Origin: Amoebophrya sp. A120
Lineage: Eukaryota; Protista; Dinoflagellata
Assembly: GCA_905178155.1 (NCBI GenBank)
Contig: CAJINV010000003.1
Span: 6,291,985-6,355,984, forward strand
DNA: 64,000 bases
Direction: 5' to 3'
The translations under genes were made by a program, and so were the position numbers. Below the pieces are notes generated by a model. That model searched no databases and was not told the origin of the DNA. It saw nothing but the letters and a program-made list of their open reading frames with translations. Position 1 is the first letter of the stretch. Each line of letters opens with the position of its first letter. Below are positions 28,501 through 40,807 of the stretch, one piece after another.

Positions 28501-31500
28501 CCCGCCAGGCTCAATCCACGAGAGCCCTGAGTGGAAGGCAAGACGGCCTCGCTCAGGAGAAGCAACAGGACCCCATGGTTCCAGCGTAAAGTCGTCCACC
28601 TCCGTGTCCACGCACCGCAGGTTCCGTATAGCAACGTAGGCCAGAACCGCCGATACTGCAGCCACCGCGAGCACGAGAGCCGCTAGAGAGGAGGTGTAGC
28701 CAGTTAGGGAGTGAAGCTACGTCCTCCTCTCCCGAGAGAACGTTCGCGATCAAGTCCAAATGCGCCGACGCCGCCGCGCACGTATGACCCACCGCTCCTT
28801 GTCTGGGACGCATCGCTACTGAAGAAGAAGCAGGAAAACCGCGCCACGCATCCCGCCGCAAGTACGCCACCGCCAAAAAAAAAGGGCACCACCGCACAGG
28901 GACCGGCTACTATGCCTACAAGCCTGACCTCAACGCATCTTGGGAGTCCGCGCCTGCGCTTGTGGCGGCGATCGGGCCAGAACGCTTGTGGTCTGACTCA
29001 GACTTGTCTGCATGGTACACGCAGGAGGAAGTATTGCTGGCACCCACGGGACCCGAGGTCCACGACGACGACCGCTCGCCAAAGACATCCATACGCGGCA
29101 GAAGACGAACCCGAAAACCCGCACCAACCCGCCGCAGGCAACCCACCACCATAAGGAGCCCCACCGCACAGGGACCGGCCACCTACCATGCCTACAAGCC
29201 TGACCTCACGCTTGTGGGAGTCCTTGCCTGCGCTTGTGGCGGCGAACGGGCCAGAACGCTTGTGGTCTGACTCAGACTTGTCTGCATGGTAACCGAACAA
29301 GGAAGTATTGCTGGCACCCACGAAACACGATGTCCACGACGCCGTCCGCTTAACAAAGAATTCCATACGTGGCAGAAGACGAGCTCGAACCAGCGCAGCA
29401 GAGAGCCGCCGCAAGAAGCCGCGTCGCCTTGTAGAAAACCACCGGCCAACAGAGAGAGTGTCAGCGACGAGTTCCGACCTGAGATCAGTGTGAAGAATAA
29501 GTAGTTCATCACAGGAGTACACAAAGAACAAGCATATACGAAAACACCAACTCATAGCGAATTGCAACACGCAAAGATTTTGTCCCTGATCTCCCCGCGC
29601 GTCTGGGCTCTCCGCTGGTGGGCGCGGCATCCACGTGGATCCGGTGCAGAACCCCGCTCCGGCATAAATCCACACTCCTCTATGAGTAGCCCGCCGAGAC
29701 TGCAAAGCCGCTTATACCGTACCGGAGGTCCCGACCGGCATGCACGACATGGAGGCGTGGAAGTCCGCATGCGAGAGGCCGGAAACCAGAGGAGCAGGTC
29801 GCAACGGACGGGGAATGGCTTGTAGACGAACCCCAACACGATCGGACACTCCGGAAGAAGTCGGCATCTCTTCGATCAGCCGCGGGCTCGCGAGCTGGCC
29901 GCTTGTCCTGGCAGCGCCCGTTTACTTCGGAGAGCCCACCTCGACGAAAGCCAGCCACGCCGCAGAGAGAAGATGTAATGCGCCCGGGCCGCTGACGGAA
30001 ACAGAGGGAGAGGGCGAGAGCCCTGCAGGGCTCTAAACATGATGCAGATTTGAGACCACAAATCGTCGCTGTATTGCATGAAGGCAAGTCTACAGGCTCC
30101 GCCACATTCTACGGGCGGTTTGTCATGCTGTTGCTCCTACAGCGTAGACTTCTGCCATGCTAAGCGCCTAGGCCAAAACTTGTCTACTCAGGCCTGATAT
30201 GGGCCTGCAGTCCTCGCCAGCAAGACAAATCTGATTTGTGACCTCAAATACAGCATCACAAATTTCGTTTTCGATATGGGGAGGGGGGATTTTTCCTTTC
30301 GATACCCCCTGAACCTTCTTTTTTTCCGTCTCCCCCACGGTAGTTGCGGCATGGTCAACTTCGACCTTCTTGTTCGATGCCGTACTACCAGCGGAGGCCG
30401 TCTTCAATGTTGCCCACGGCGGAGGGGTGCGGTCGACTGCCTTCTCTTTTTCCGCGCTGTTCGTCTTCTCCACGACACTCGTCGGCGGAGCCACACCATA
30501 ACTCTTGTAGATCTTGGCAATCTTGGCCTGCAGACCCTCTTCAACCTTCGACTCATATTGCACGGCGTCGGCGAAAAAACCGCGGGAATTGTTTGATCTA
30601 ATTTTGAACCAGACCCCTACTTCGAGGGTTTGTGGCAAATGCATAACCGACTGCAGGAGCTGGTCGAAGTGTTGCATCGCCGCTTCCTTGCCTTCTTTGA
30701 AGTCCGCGGCACTTACTGCCAGCGCTCGAACGGTTGAGCAAGTCATGTGGTCCAGGTCCACCAAAAACCCCGACCGCTGGAACTTTTCCTGCGCCCCAGC
30801 TATGGTGAACGTCGATTGCTGAGCAGCACTCGCGCCAACAAACACATGATTGCCCACCAATTCGATCTTCAGTACCCCGTACACATTCAGTTTCTTCCTC
30901 TCCAGTTCGTTCAAAGTCGGTCGGTCGCGTCGAAGCGCAGCTCTAGCAGGGTCGAAATCGCTCTTCGGAAAGGCGTCCGCGTGGTCCGCTCGAATCCTGT
31001 CCACTGCTTTCTCAGCAACGAGGGCAGCATTTTTCGTTGCAGCAGGGGTCGTACCGACGTCCGTATCCTGCTTCGCGGGCGGCAGAGTCTTTGGCTTGTT
31101 GCTGATTTGAGGTCACAAATCACAGCTGTCTTGCAGGAAGACAAGGGCAGAAGCTTCGCCCCCATTATGGAAGCGATTAGTCATGCTGTTGGGCCTAAAG
31201 GGGAGCCGTTTCGCATGCTGAGCAACTAGACCCATACGCCCCTACCTAGCCTGGGGACCTGGTCGCAATGCCTTACTGCAATACAGAGCTGATTTGTCTA
31301 CACAAATCCAGCATCAGAAGTTCCGTTTTGAAGATATGGGGTGGGGGGATTTTTCCTCTCAATACCCGCGGTCCTTGAACTTGGTGCGCTCGATCACGTC
31401 GGAGTAGTGCAGCCGGTTCAAAATATCCATCCCGTACCCCCGCCACTTGAAGCTGTCGAATTCCTTCAATAGCGCCCCCATGGACAGCCGCATGCGGTAG

Positions 31501-32000
31501 GCGCCGGCGGAGATGCAGCTCAAGTCCTCGAAGTACACGGAGTCGTAGTTCTTGCGATCCCGAAGAAAGCTGGCGACGCCCTCGATGCCGTCCAACTTGA
31601 GGTACTCGGGCCGCCGGTTTTCCTCCTCGAGCCGCGCGCGCCTTTTGGCCTCCTTCTTCCGCTTCAGGTTTTCCTCCAGCAGCCTCTGTTCCTCCTCGCG
31701 ACGCAGCCGGTCCAGCAGCTGCTGGTCGTTCTCGGCTGCCGCCGAAGAATTTGGATTCTCCTCATCCGTCATCGAGGCCGGGAACTTCAGCACCTTCTCG
31801 CCCGTTAGCCCAACCATTTCTTCCAGTGCGCTTTCTTTTTCCGGAGGCACGGCGCCTTCCCGTCCGTCGGAAGCTCCGGCCTGAACTTCTCCAGCGGCCT
31901 GCTCAGCAGGGTCCATTTTCTTAGCACTCTCCGCTGTGCCCCGGGTCTCTTCCCCGTTTGGAAGCAGTTCCCCTTCCTGCCGCTCTTCGTTCTCTTCCAT
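25553..32000 (-). CDS. Coiled-coil protein, 3 exons (~32000-31365, 27642-26759, 26570-25553), first intron is a 3.7-kb composite element
   Basis: KFKDRG|RINEVRF joins in frame across the 5-bp repeat cccgc; CRQ|AWRVRVTALQK joins across a GT-AG intron; E/K/R-rich heptads. Confidence 0.75.
27720..30039 (-). mobile_element. Inserted GC-rich element 'X', probable decayed/non-autonomous non-LTR retroelement
   Basis: Bounded by the introner target motif on both sides (27705-27719, 30040-30054). Frameshifted minus-strand fragments in RT order: LRRLSAALVRARL, ADSQDA, PRQGAVG, EVDDFTL, GYLG. The insertion is clear; the RT identity is tentative. Confidence 0.5.
28889..29430. repeat. Diverged ~272-bp tandem duplication inside element X
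   Basis: ccaccgcacagggaccggc...gggccagaacgcttgtggtctgactcagacttgtctgcatggta...ggaagtattgctggcacccacg at 28889 and 29161. Confidence 0.9.
30040..30304. mobile_element. Partial family C introner (one TIR, truncated at the target motif)
   Basis: Colinear with the reverse complement of 52723-52985; ends gatatggggaggggggatttttcctttcgata; lacks the other ~57 nt including the second TIR. Confidence 0.85.
30305..31096 (-). other. Captured coding fragment (~263 open codons) without its own start or stop
   Basis: Frame open from PKTLPPAKQD... to ...KKKVQG, ending exactly at an introner TIR and beginning exactly at the 15-bp duplication. Confidence 0.65.
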
Positions 32001-33062
32001 ATTAACGCTGTTCCGGGAGTCAAGAGGAATATTCTTCTCCTCCCCTTCGGAATCGGATTGTTGATCGCGTCATGAATGACCCATTACGACTCAAATGAGT
32101 AAATTGGACGAAAACCGCCTCGGAACAATCGTGTGGGACCGACGGGGCAACATGTTGTCCACAACCAGAGGTATTCTCCCTAAGAAAGCTAAGCCCCGTG
32201 ATGAACACGTGCACGCAATAGAGGCCGTGGCGGTCTGCATCACGTGGAAACATGCATTCTCTTTTTGTCAAAACAACGATACACGACAACGAAACAAAAG
32301 GCGAGACGACCAATGCGAATGGCGTCACCCCTTATAAACCGGCCGAGAAGGGTGACTCTGGCAATTGAGCACTGTGCTGACGACGATAAGCTTGCGGAGG
32401 TCCCATGTATCATGGCTCACTGGTACCGAGCACGACAAACAAACTTGCGGATCTCCCATCATGTATCACTCGTATCTTCACATCGAACTCTTCTCCCGGT
32501 TAGCTATCTGCTGGACACGACACGTCGCTTCTATCACCAATCACTCGAGCACACACCACGATATCAATTTAAGCCATGAAAAAATGAGCCGAGTAATACG
32601 GTGCTGTACAGAATTGCCAAGAACCGCGGCTCTCTCTGCAGAACTCCAAACATCGTACCTTCGGTGTTTTGCAATGGGAGCCCAGGCGGGAGGAAGGTTT
32701 TTAGTCAGCTTTACAGATTACCAGCGAAAATTGTGGGCGTGTTCAACAGTCAAACAATGTTGGCACCCTGTACCCCACTTGATATTCAAGTCGCAAATTG
32801 CCCTCGAGAAGGAACGACCTCTGCTGCTCCTCGAATTAAGCAATCTAATTGATGTTGGTACTGAATCTTGTACTAGCTTGCGAAAGTTTGCGATTTTTTG
32901 GCATTGGGTAAAGTGCTCAAGCTCAGATGTGGTTTGTACGCATAGGAATAAATCATCTTACATTTACATTTTTCACTGAAGTACTTCGTACACGGAAACG
33001 CGAAGATAGCGCGGACATGGCAAATGCGTCGAAAAGAAGCCGCCTGGTTTCCAACACAGCTT

Positions 33063-36000
33063 CTAAGGTCGTGTGGACGTACTAACATACTCGGCTTTAG
33101 TGCTGGTCAAGGCGCCCGCGGTTCTCAGCATGCTTTCGTACTCGTCGTCGGTAGTAGAGTGGGGCTTGGAACCACCAGTAGGCAGAGCCGCCGGCGGCTT
33201 CTCCTTCTTCTTCCCCCGCTCCTGCCGTTTCACACACCACGTCCACACCAAGCCAGTGGAAACCGCCCCGACAGCGAAGACGAGGAAGTAGCAAACCGTC
33301 GTCCAAAAGCTCGCCCCCCATGTTGTAAATGTATCAAAAAAGAACTGGACCCGCGTCACTTCAGCTGCGAGCTTTGCTTTCACGCCGTCGCCTCTCGTCC
33401 CTCCAACATGGTGCGCTGAGAAGTGGGCCTCCTCGTAGTCGCGCTTGCGGGGCTCGATGTCCTGGTATAAAAAGTCGTGTGCTGTTGCGAACGTGGCCTC
33501 TTCCTTGTCCTCGTGTGGTGTCGCTCGTTGTCCTTCGTGACCTCCCGGACTTGGTGGTGCCCCGACCTGCATCGCAACGTCTCCTTCTGCCCCGTAGGCC
33601 GCGACCGACGGGCCAGACAACTGGTCGCTCCAGAGGCCGGGGGAGGAGAATGAGGACATGTCTTCCGCTTCCGGTAGTTCGTTTTGCGCTCCGTCGGCCG
33701 CTACGAAATTTTTCCTCGTCTTCGTCTTGCTTCCAAGCGGGGATGGCTGCGGGTGCCCGGAAGACGGCACCAAGGGCACGGTCATGAGGCTCTTTCCGCT
33801 TTTCACTGGCGAAAGTACCACGACGCCAGCAGTTGGGCTCGCCGTCGTGTCTGTCGTAGGAGTACCTCCGGGGACGGCGGCGAGAGAAGGACTCGCGCAG
33901 GCGCTCGGTGCGTGGATTTTTTTCCCCGAGCCGCGGAGATGCGGCGTTTCGTTTGTAGCTGTTTTCACCTGTGTTTTTTTTTTGTAGCCATTTTCAGTTG
34001 TGCGCACGCCATCACTGTTTCCACAGCTGGCTTGTGCCCGAAGGTCACACTTTGTATCCATCAACATCCTCGCACTTCTACCGGTTGCAACGAATATTTT
34101 ATTCGAATTTCCAACTTTCTTCTAGGCCCCCAGAGGCACCCTGTGATTGTCTCCGAGGAGCACTGTTTCAAAATTTGTTTTTTTGTCTGCGACGTATCGA
34201 AAACAAGAACAAATACTCGCCCGCCTGTCATCTGGTCCTGCAAGCGAAATTCGTCCACTTTGCTCGCCTTGTTCTCAAATCCCCGCGAGGCTGCCCCTCC
34301 TCCTGTACACCCTGCAGCCCCTCCCCGAGAGTGATTGCAGCCCCTTCCCCTGCCTGTTGCATGTAGCTGTCTCCCTTGGTTTGCTCATCTGCGGTGATGG
34401 TCAGTGTAGTCTCCGCGTGTTCTTCTTCCTCCAGCTGGAGAGAGGAGCGGGCCCGCGGGGCTCTGGTCTTTCTTCCTCCGGCGCTGGCCTTCTTTTTCGA
34501 GCTTTTTTCGCGTTCCTTCGGTTGTCGGGGACGCGGTTTTTCAAGACTGGCGAGACCGGCCCCCAATACTGCTGGGGCGCCGAGGATAGTAACACCAACT
34601 GCCAAATCTTGACCACTCGGAGCAAGACCACCACCAGTATCAGCACCACTCGCACCAGCATCAGTCACACCAGTATCAGCACCAGGAGTCGCTACTTGTT
34701 GTACCGGCGCCGCCGAAGCCTGGGAAATCGCTCGCGCCGACCGGCGCCCCTTGCGCAGGCAATGTGCTACTTCCACTCATATTTTCGGTGTAGTCGGTCG
34801 TCTTGGGAAATTCTTGAATCTCTTGGAGCGACAAAGACTTCTCATTTCCGTCAAGGGTATTTCCTGGGTGGTTGTCTAGCGTGTCCTCGCCGATCCACTC
34901 CAAATGCCCTGCGTTCGAATCTCCGTGGTGTATCTGCATCCCATTCAGAAGTTTGAAAAGGTTGTTCCCGTGCAGCTCCCACCCGTACATCCCCAGCGCA
35001 CAGTTCTGCAGCCCTTGCGTGGTCAGTCCGTCGCCGTGCTTGTAGTCCTGGCACAGATTCTATCCAACAGAAAAAAGCGGGCAGGTCCAAAAATGCGAAA
35101 ACAAACACACAGAAAAATCTGTCATGGGGGGGCCCATAGCATGCTGCTTCGGATACGCAGGACAGATTTTTTTTGTTTGCTTTGTCTTTGTTTATTTTTG
35201 CATTACAAACATGATCTGCCTGTATTTTTCTGTGGGATAGACTCAGCAGCTCGTGCATGGACACGGAATTGGGGTCGCCACCGGGATGATGGATCATCGC
35301 TGCGTGCAGAAACTTCTTGTCATCTTCGTACAGGCCATTGATGCCGTTATAGTCACTGTGTTGCACAGGATCAAACTTCCACACATCATCCGGTATATTC
35401 CCATAGTTTGGATCAGTGTAGTCCCCCTGCTGTTCCATCATTCCGTACTCTGCTTGTATGTAGCCAACCGGGTTACTGATGGAGGCCGGGTGGTGAAATT
35501 TACTTATATCGATGCTTTTGAAATCTCTCGCAGTCCCGTCATGGGCGTCCGGATTTTCTTCACCAAGCCCGATCCACGTCGCCGGGGTGCCTCCGGCGGC
35601 TTTCCACTCGTGCCACTCCACGTATCCGTTGCCATCTCCATAGTGTTTGTCAAATTCCGTCAAATCCTGCTGCGTGATATGTGTATCTGGAGTGCCACCT
35701 TGTGAATCGTGCAACTCGGCAACGCCGTCGAGAAAATTATCGATCCACTTCTGCTTGATGATTCGCCTCATTGCTTGTTTCCTCTTCTGCTTTTCTCGTT
35801 TCGTTGTCCTTTTCTTGTTCCTCTCTTGTCAGTGCTGCATTCGCACACCTTCGGTCGTCATCTCCTTTTCTGATGTGGCAACTTCGGTTGCCGTGACGAA
35901 TAACCAACCTCGCCGCGTCGCTGGGCGGTGATGGTGCTTGTAGACTGCGGCGTGGTCGTTGTCCCGCGGCGACCACCAGTAAGAGCGGTCAACAACGGAA

Positions 36001-36362
36001 AGGCTGTAATAGAACAAGAAAAACACCGCTGGCGCGGCCAGCAGGAACGCGCGCAGCAGCGTCGTGCCCCGCTCTGGTGTGTTCGCCGGGCTCCTTGCGG
36101 TCGTGATTCTCCCCTGCTTCAAACGGTCCTCACGGCCCATGATTTTCCTCACCGCTTGTTTTCGGAACACCCGGTTTCGGGTTGGTCCTGCCGTGCTGGA
36201 AAAAGAATCACAATCATCTGCAGCACCGTGCAGCGTCAGTGCCTGCGAAAGACCGGAGAAAATCCAGGATGACGATAGCTGCCAGGAGCTCGAGTACAAG
36301 TTCGTCGAGCAGGAGTCGCAGCTCCCGCGGCCGGTTGTTCTCCTCCTTGGCGTGTACTTCAT
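33063..36362 (-). CDS. Putative membrane/secreted protein with EF-hand-like loop and C-terminal TM helix; several frame breaks (uncertain model or pseudogene)
   Basis: DGNGYVEWHE loop; FWTTVCYFLVFAVGAVSTGLVWTWCV followed by KRQERGKKK; in-frame TGA at 35829 and frame changes near 34730 and 34300. Confidence 0.4.
35061..35239. mobile_element. Introner family D (179 bp)
   Basis: TIRs tatccaacagaaaaa..ggcag / ctgcc..tttttctgtgggata; flanks gattc/gactc; removal gives in-frame LLSL|CQDYKHGDG. Confidence 0.8.
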
Positions 36363-37659
36363 AGTTGCGGTCGTTGCTCAACAATATCTCGCCCAACCCC
36401 TATTGAACCAAGAGTAAAAAATCCTCACCGAGATCGAACAGAAGCGAGCACAGCTGCTGCGCGGTGCAGGTCTTCTACGTACAGATTCATTGGTCTAACC
36501 GGCACCGTGATTCCATGAGCAACATCACTCGACGCTCAATACTAGTAGCACGAGAGGTCCTTCGTCCATGCAATCGAAAACAAAGAACTGTCTCTATCTG
36601 TACTTATTCCCGCGATGCCTCTTTATTCCAGCGAGCAGAACTCTCGAGGAAAACTCCGCAGTCAAATTCGCGGACATGCGCCTTTCTTCACGCTGTAGAA
36701 ACAAAACAAATGCCTGTGTACGACTAGCGAAGATAAAAGGCCAGCAATCATGCGAGTGCGCGGAAGCGCCATACCACAATCCCTCCCCGAATTTCAACGA
36801 ACTAGCCCTAGCGTCATTTGATGCGCTATCCTACGATACGAATGAAAACGGCACAACGAGGCGGTGCAGGTCTCGAGGAGGCGATACACTTGATAGAAAA
36901 ACGACCACACACGAAGCGAACACTACCTGCTGTGCAACGTGAACGTGGTCAGCCGCAACAACCCTCATTAGAAGGTCCATGTGAGAAAGCTGCTCATTTG
37001 CGTTTGCCTCTATGCTTCGCCAAAAGCAAAAATCTGAGCAAGCTCTGATACGCTCATGCGTTGATGATGTAGTATGTCCAAAATTGAATGACTGTAGTCC
37101 GAGCGGTGAAACTGAAACCAATTGGAGAATATAAGAATGTTCAGGGTCTGTAGAGCAAAGGATACAAAATCTAGAACATGCACTATGCTGGCACGAGCAT
37201 CCGGCGTCTGCAGTTCAAAAACTTTTGTGAGAAAATTTCATTTTTTGAAACAGAGACGAATCTTGATGGGCACAACTTAAAAGTGAAACCAAAGAAACAA
37301 ATTCTAGTGAAAAAACATTGGAAATTATGTAGACTTTTTTGTTTTACATGGTAAAAAGACTCACACCGTCTATACTTTCTTGGAAAGCGATCTTATCGGC
37401 GGTTAGCGGCATTCGGCACAAGACGCGTGTTGTGTCCGTTGCGGGCAGCGGCGTTCGGAAGTTTGTTCGTAATTGTAGCTGCAGAATATTGTGAATATTC
37501 ACAGGATTGTGGATTTTGATTCTCAAGAACAAACATGCAAACTGGGCTTGATAAATTGAATTCGATAGTGGCCGTGGCCCACAGATAATTACTACACCAT
37601 GCATGAGCATGTGTATCGATCCACCGTGTACAGCGGGCAAAGAAAAAATTGGTTTATGT

Positions 37660-40600
37660 CTATAATATACGCTTCTGAGCGGAGTGGGCGTCGTGCGCGT
37701 TTCCGGGTTTGGAGCTCAGGAGGGTGGGCATCTGGTGTTCCGCGCGGATGGCCTGCGCCACCTGCGGCGGGGTTTTGACCGTGTTCACGGTGGAAACGAA
37801 GTCGAAGTTTTCGTAGCGGATGCGGTCCATCGTGCGAGTGTGCATTGCAACTATGTCTGCGTCTGGAACACTGCAACTTGTGATGCAGCTGTGGCTGAAG
37901 TAGAAAGACAACCCTCTGTATTGCGTAGTCAGAAATCAACAAGCGCGCACTTTTTGTCTCCCCAAGAGCGCATTTCTCATGCAGAGACTAGGCATGGAGA
38001 GGCCTCCGCGCATCTTGTCAGGCTCTGCGTGCTTTCCAGAACTATTTGCAGGTCCACAAGCTGTATGATAAACGTCTACATTCTTCTTCCAGACCCAGAC
38101 TACATATTTGCAGTTGATAGCGAGACAGGTTCTGCCAGTGCGGCAGTGGCGTCTCCTTGTGCTGCGGGAACTTACTGGTGTCCAGCGTCGAACTCACCTT
38201 CGGAATAATCGGCGCCGTCTGCTGGTAGAGGTTGCCGAACTGCAGGTTCTGGAAAAACTTGTGCTGCTTGATCTGCGCGAAGGCGAGCCGTTGCTGCACC
38301 GGTGTGACCAAACTGTTGAGAAGCTCAACCGCCGGGTCCTTCAGATAGCCGGCCTGTCGCCCCCGCTGGACCGCTTTGCCGAAGTAGTGCTGCCACTTTT
38401 GGATCTTGTAAATCACACGGGTCACCTGACGAACGAGACACATCATCGTCGATCGAAACTTCTTATTGTCATTCGACGCTACTAGGAAGTTACTGGATTG
38501 TAGTGAGCACACACTCACGTAAGCATAATTTCATCTCGGAAACCAGCAGCAGATAGATTTCAAAACAGCCACGCAGCCTCGATGAACCATTATGTAGAAC
38601 AACAAGATCAAATCAAAACAGGCGAAGAGACTCGTACACGAAGTACCGCATCAGCCTTCTGGATCTGTGGCGGCTCTGCCTCGCCCACGCGTGGGTTGAA
38701 CGGGGTAGAGCCCACCAGGCAATCATACATGACGACGCCAGCAGCCCAAAAGTCCACCGCCTTTGTGTAGGGTAATGCATTGTAATTTCGGCTTCCACTT
38801 CAGGGAGCATGCAGTTGTGTTGCGTGACTTGCAAATTTGGTTGTCTATGATGAAGCTAAAAACAGAAGAGCTGTGCATGAGTCACAGCAATTTAGGTTCT
38901 GAAGTGTATCCGTGCTACTCGTCATGAAGGGTACAAAACATCAGCGAGCCAACCTTCCGGAAACAAAGGCGAACATGACCAAAGTAGTTGTCCTGCAGCT
39001 CTTTTCCTGAACTATTGCCATATTTTGCAGCGGATAATGTTTCGCGATTCACAATTTCTGGTGCCATGTACTGTGGTGTTCCGACCCAACTGTTCAAGTG
39101 GCGCCGCTTGTCCTGCTCCAGCGAATGCAGGTACTCCCCAACCGTAACCTTCTCATCGTTGTCATCGTACATAACCTGGTAGGTACGTAGATAACATAAT
39201 AATTGTGTGTACGATGATGCTCTGTTCATCCCAAAGCAAAACTTATCATCAGTCACACCCGCGTGGCGCTTGACTTTGTTTTTGATTCTGTGTTACTCCT
39301 ATCTCAGGAACACTAGTGTGGTCCTTACATCACTACAGTCGTAGCACAAGGTCAAAGCAACAAGGTCACTATAATACGTGATGCGAGGGGAGCTGCTTCA
39401 AAAAATCCGCCGACTCTTTGTAATGATCGACCACCTCCTTGCAAAGTCCGAAGTCCAGCAATTTCAAGTGCCCTTGTCTCGAAAAGCAGATGTTGTCGGG
39501 CTTGATATCGCGGTGCACGAACCCCAGCTCGTGGATGAATCCCAGCGCCTCAATCAGCTCCGCAATGTAGAATCGTGTCTCTGCCTCCGACAAACGCTTT
39601 CTGTCACACAGCAAACTGATCAAATCACCCCCCTGTAGGTGATTTTTCGCTCACGGATCCATAATTCTCTTGAGACACTAAAAACAACAGTTCGAGTAGG
39701 ACAACGCCAAACGATCACGGGAAAAACGTTTTCGTGTGTGCCAATCTGTATTTGGTAGATTCACACGATTTTGTTCAACGAGCCGCTGCTGTTGCGGGAA
39801 GCACAAAGATAACCAACGTATGTGCTCTCTTCTGGGGGAGGAGCGGACAGCATACGTCGAAAGCACGCCTATTAATTTGATGTCTCATCAAGTACCTGCA
39901 GAAACTCCATGATCATAAACAAGTGGTGATCGTCCGCAAAGCAGGCGTATAATTGCACGAAGTACTGGCCCCCGCTCCCGCCGAGTGCCACAAGACACTT
40001 GCGCTCCGCCATTAGGCGGGCCAGATCATTTTTCTTCGGGAAAGCCGTCTTCTGCATCTGTTTCATCGCGAACACTTCCTTGGACTGTTTGTGCTGGACC
40101 AGGCGCACCACACCGAACCCACCCTGTCCCAGAGTCTTCACCACGGAAAAATCATCCGTCCTCCAACCGCCGATTTCTGCCTGCAGTAGCCTGTGAAAAA
40201 TTTTGATCGATGAATCGATGGGATCTAGCAGTAGCGCCACCGCAAACTAAAACCACCACGAAATTACCAATGTAAGGAAGTAAGTACATACAATGTAGTA
40301 GCATTCAGGAGGTACAATTGCGACGAAACAAGCGCTTCTACTTCTCTTCCTGTCGTCCCAGCTCCGCCTCGAATCTCCTTTTCTGATCGGAAGTCATTGG
40401 CTTTGCTAGACTTCTTGCCTCGATTTGTCGCTCTTGCCGCATTTTATGAAACCACGCGACGCGAGTGTAAATCAGTGCTGGCATAATGAATTATCATGAC
40501 TACATGCACATGGCGGGTATCGGTAAAGGTTGGCACTAAAGATCGATGGAGAAGGACCACCCATCAGACACAAAATAACACCATCGATACACCGTGTTTG

Positions 40601-40807
40601 TCACGTTTCATACGCGTAGGCGGTGTCCCAGTGGTGCTCCACATGCGTATCGATAGCTTCCTTGAAAGCCTCCACATCTGCTGTGGTGTAGCCCCCCTTC
40701 TGCAACTTCGGCACCTGCACGTCCCGACTGAGGGCGTGTAACTTGCTGAGCTCCCGCAGCTGCGCCTCCTTGCGTGATACCTGCTGCGGATTTTGTTGCG
40801 CGTTCAT
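37660..40807 (-). CDS. AGC-group Ser/Thr kinase, NDR/LATS-like, ~7 exons
   Basis: [38 protein letters not shown], long activation insert, [14 protein letters not shown]-terminal DTSKF and YENFDF motifs. Confidence 0.88.
37839..38119. mobile_element. Introner family A
   Basis: Ends tgtgcattgcaactatgtctgcgtctggaa / ttccagacccagactacatatttgcagttgata; perfect gcgag flanks; in-frame NLSR|TMDRIRY. Confidence 0.88.
38774..39036. mobile_element. Degenerate introner-like non-canonical intron in the kinase
   Basis: No in-phase GT-AG found between APEIVNRET and YTKAVDFW; minus-strand start TATCCGCTGCAAAAT and weak TIR; same size class as the other introners. Confidence 0.6.

Larger units (their letters stand above)
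27648..31364. mobile_element. Introner family C expanded to 3717 bp by a nested insertion
   Basis: TIRs tatcaaaaggaaaaatcccccctccccatatc / gatatggggtggggggatttttcctctcaata; perfect flanking cccgc at 27643 and 31365; 27648-27719 plus 31112-31364 align with the reverse complement of the intact copy at 52723-53043. Confidence 0.9.

Noticed and set aside
33984-33994. GTAGCCATTTT, a partial match to the dinoflagellate spliced leader
   Set aside because: Only 11 nt, antisense and inside a coding region; compatible with chance
35829-35831. In-frame TGA suggesting stop-codon reassignment or selenocysteine
   Set aside because: Other genes end normally at TAA/TAG/TGA and have no internal stops; the locus has further frame breaks
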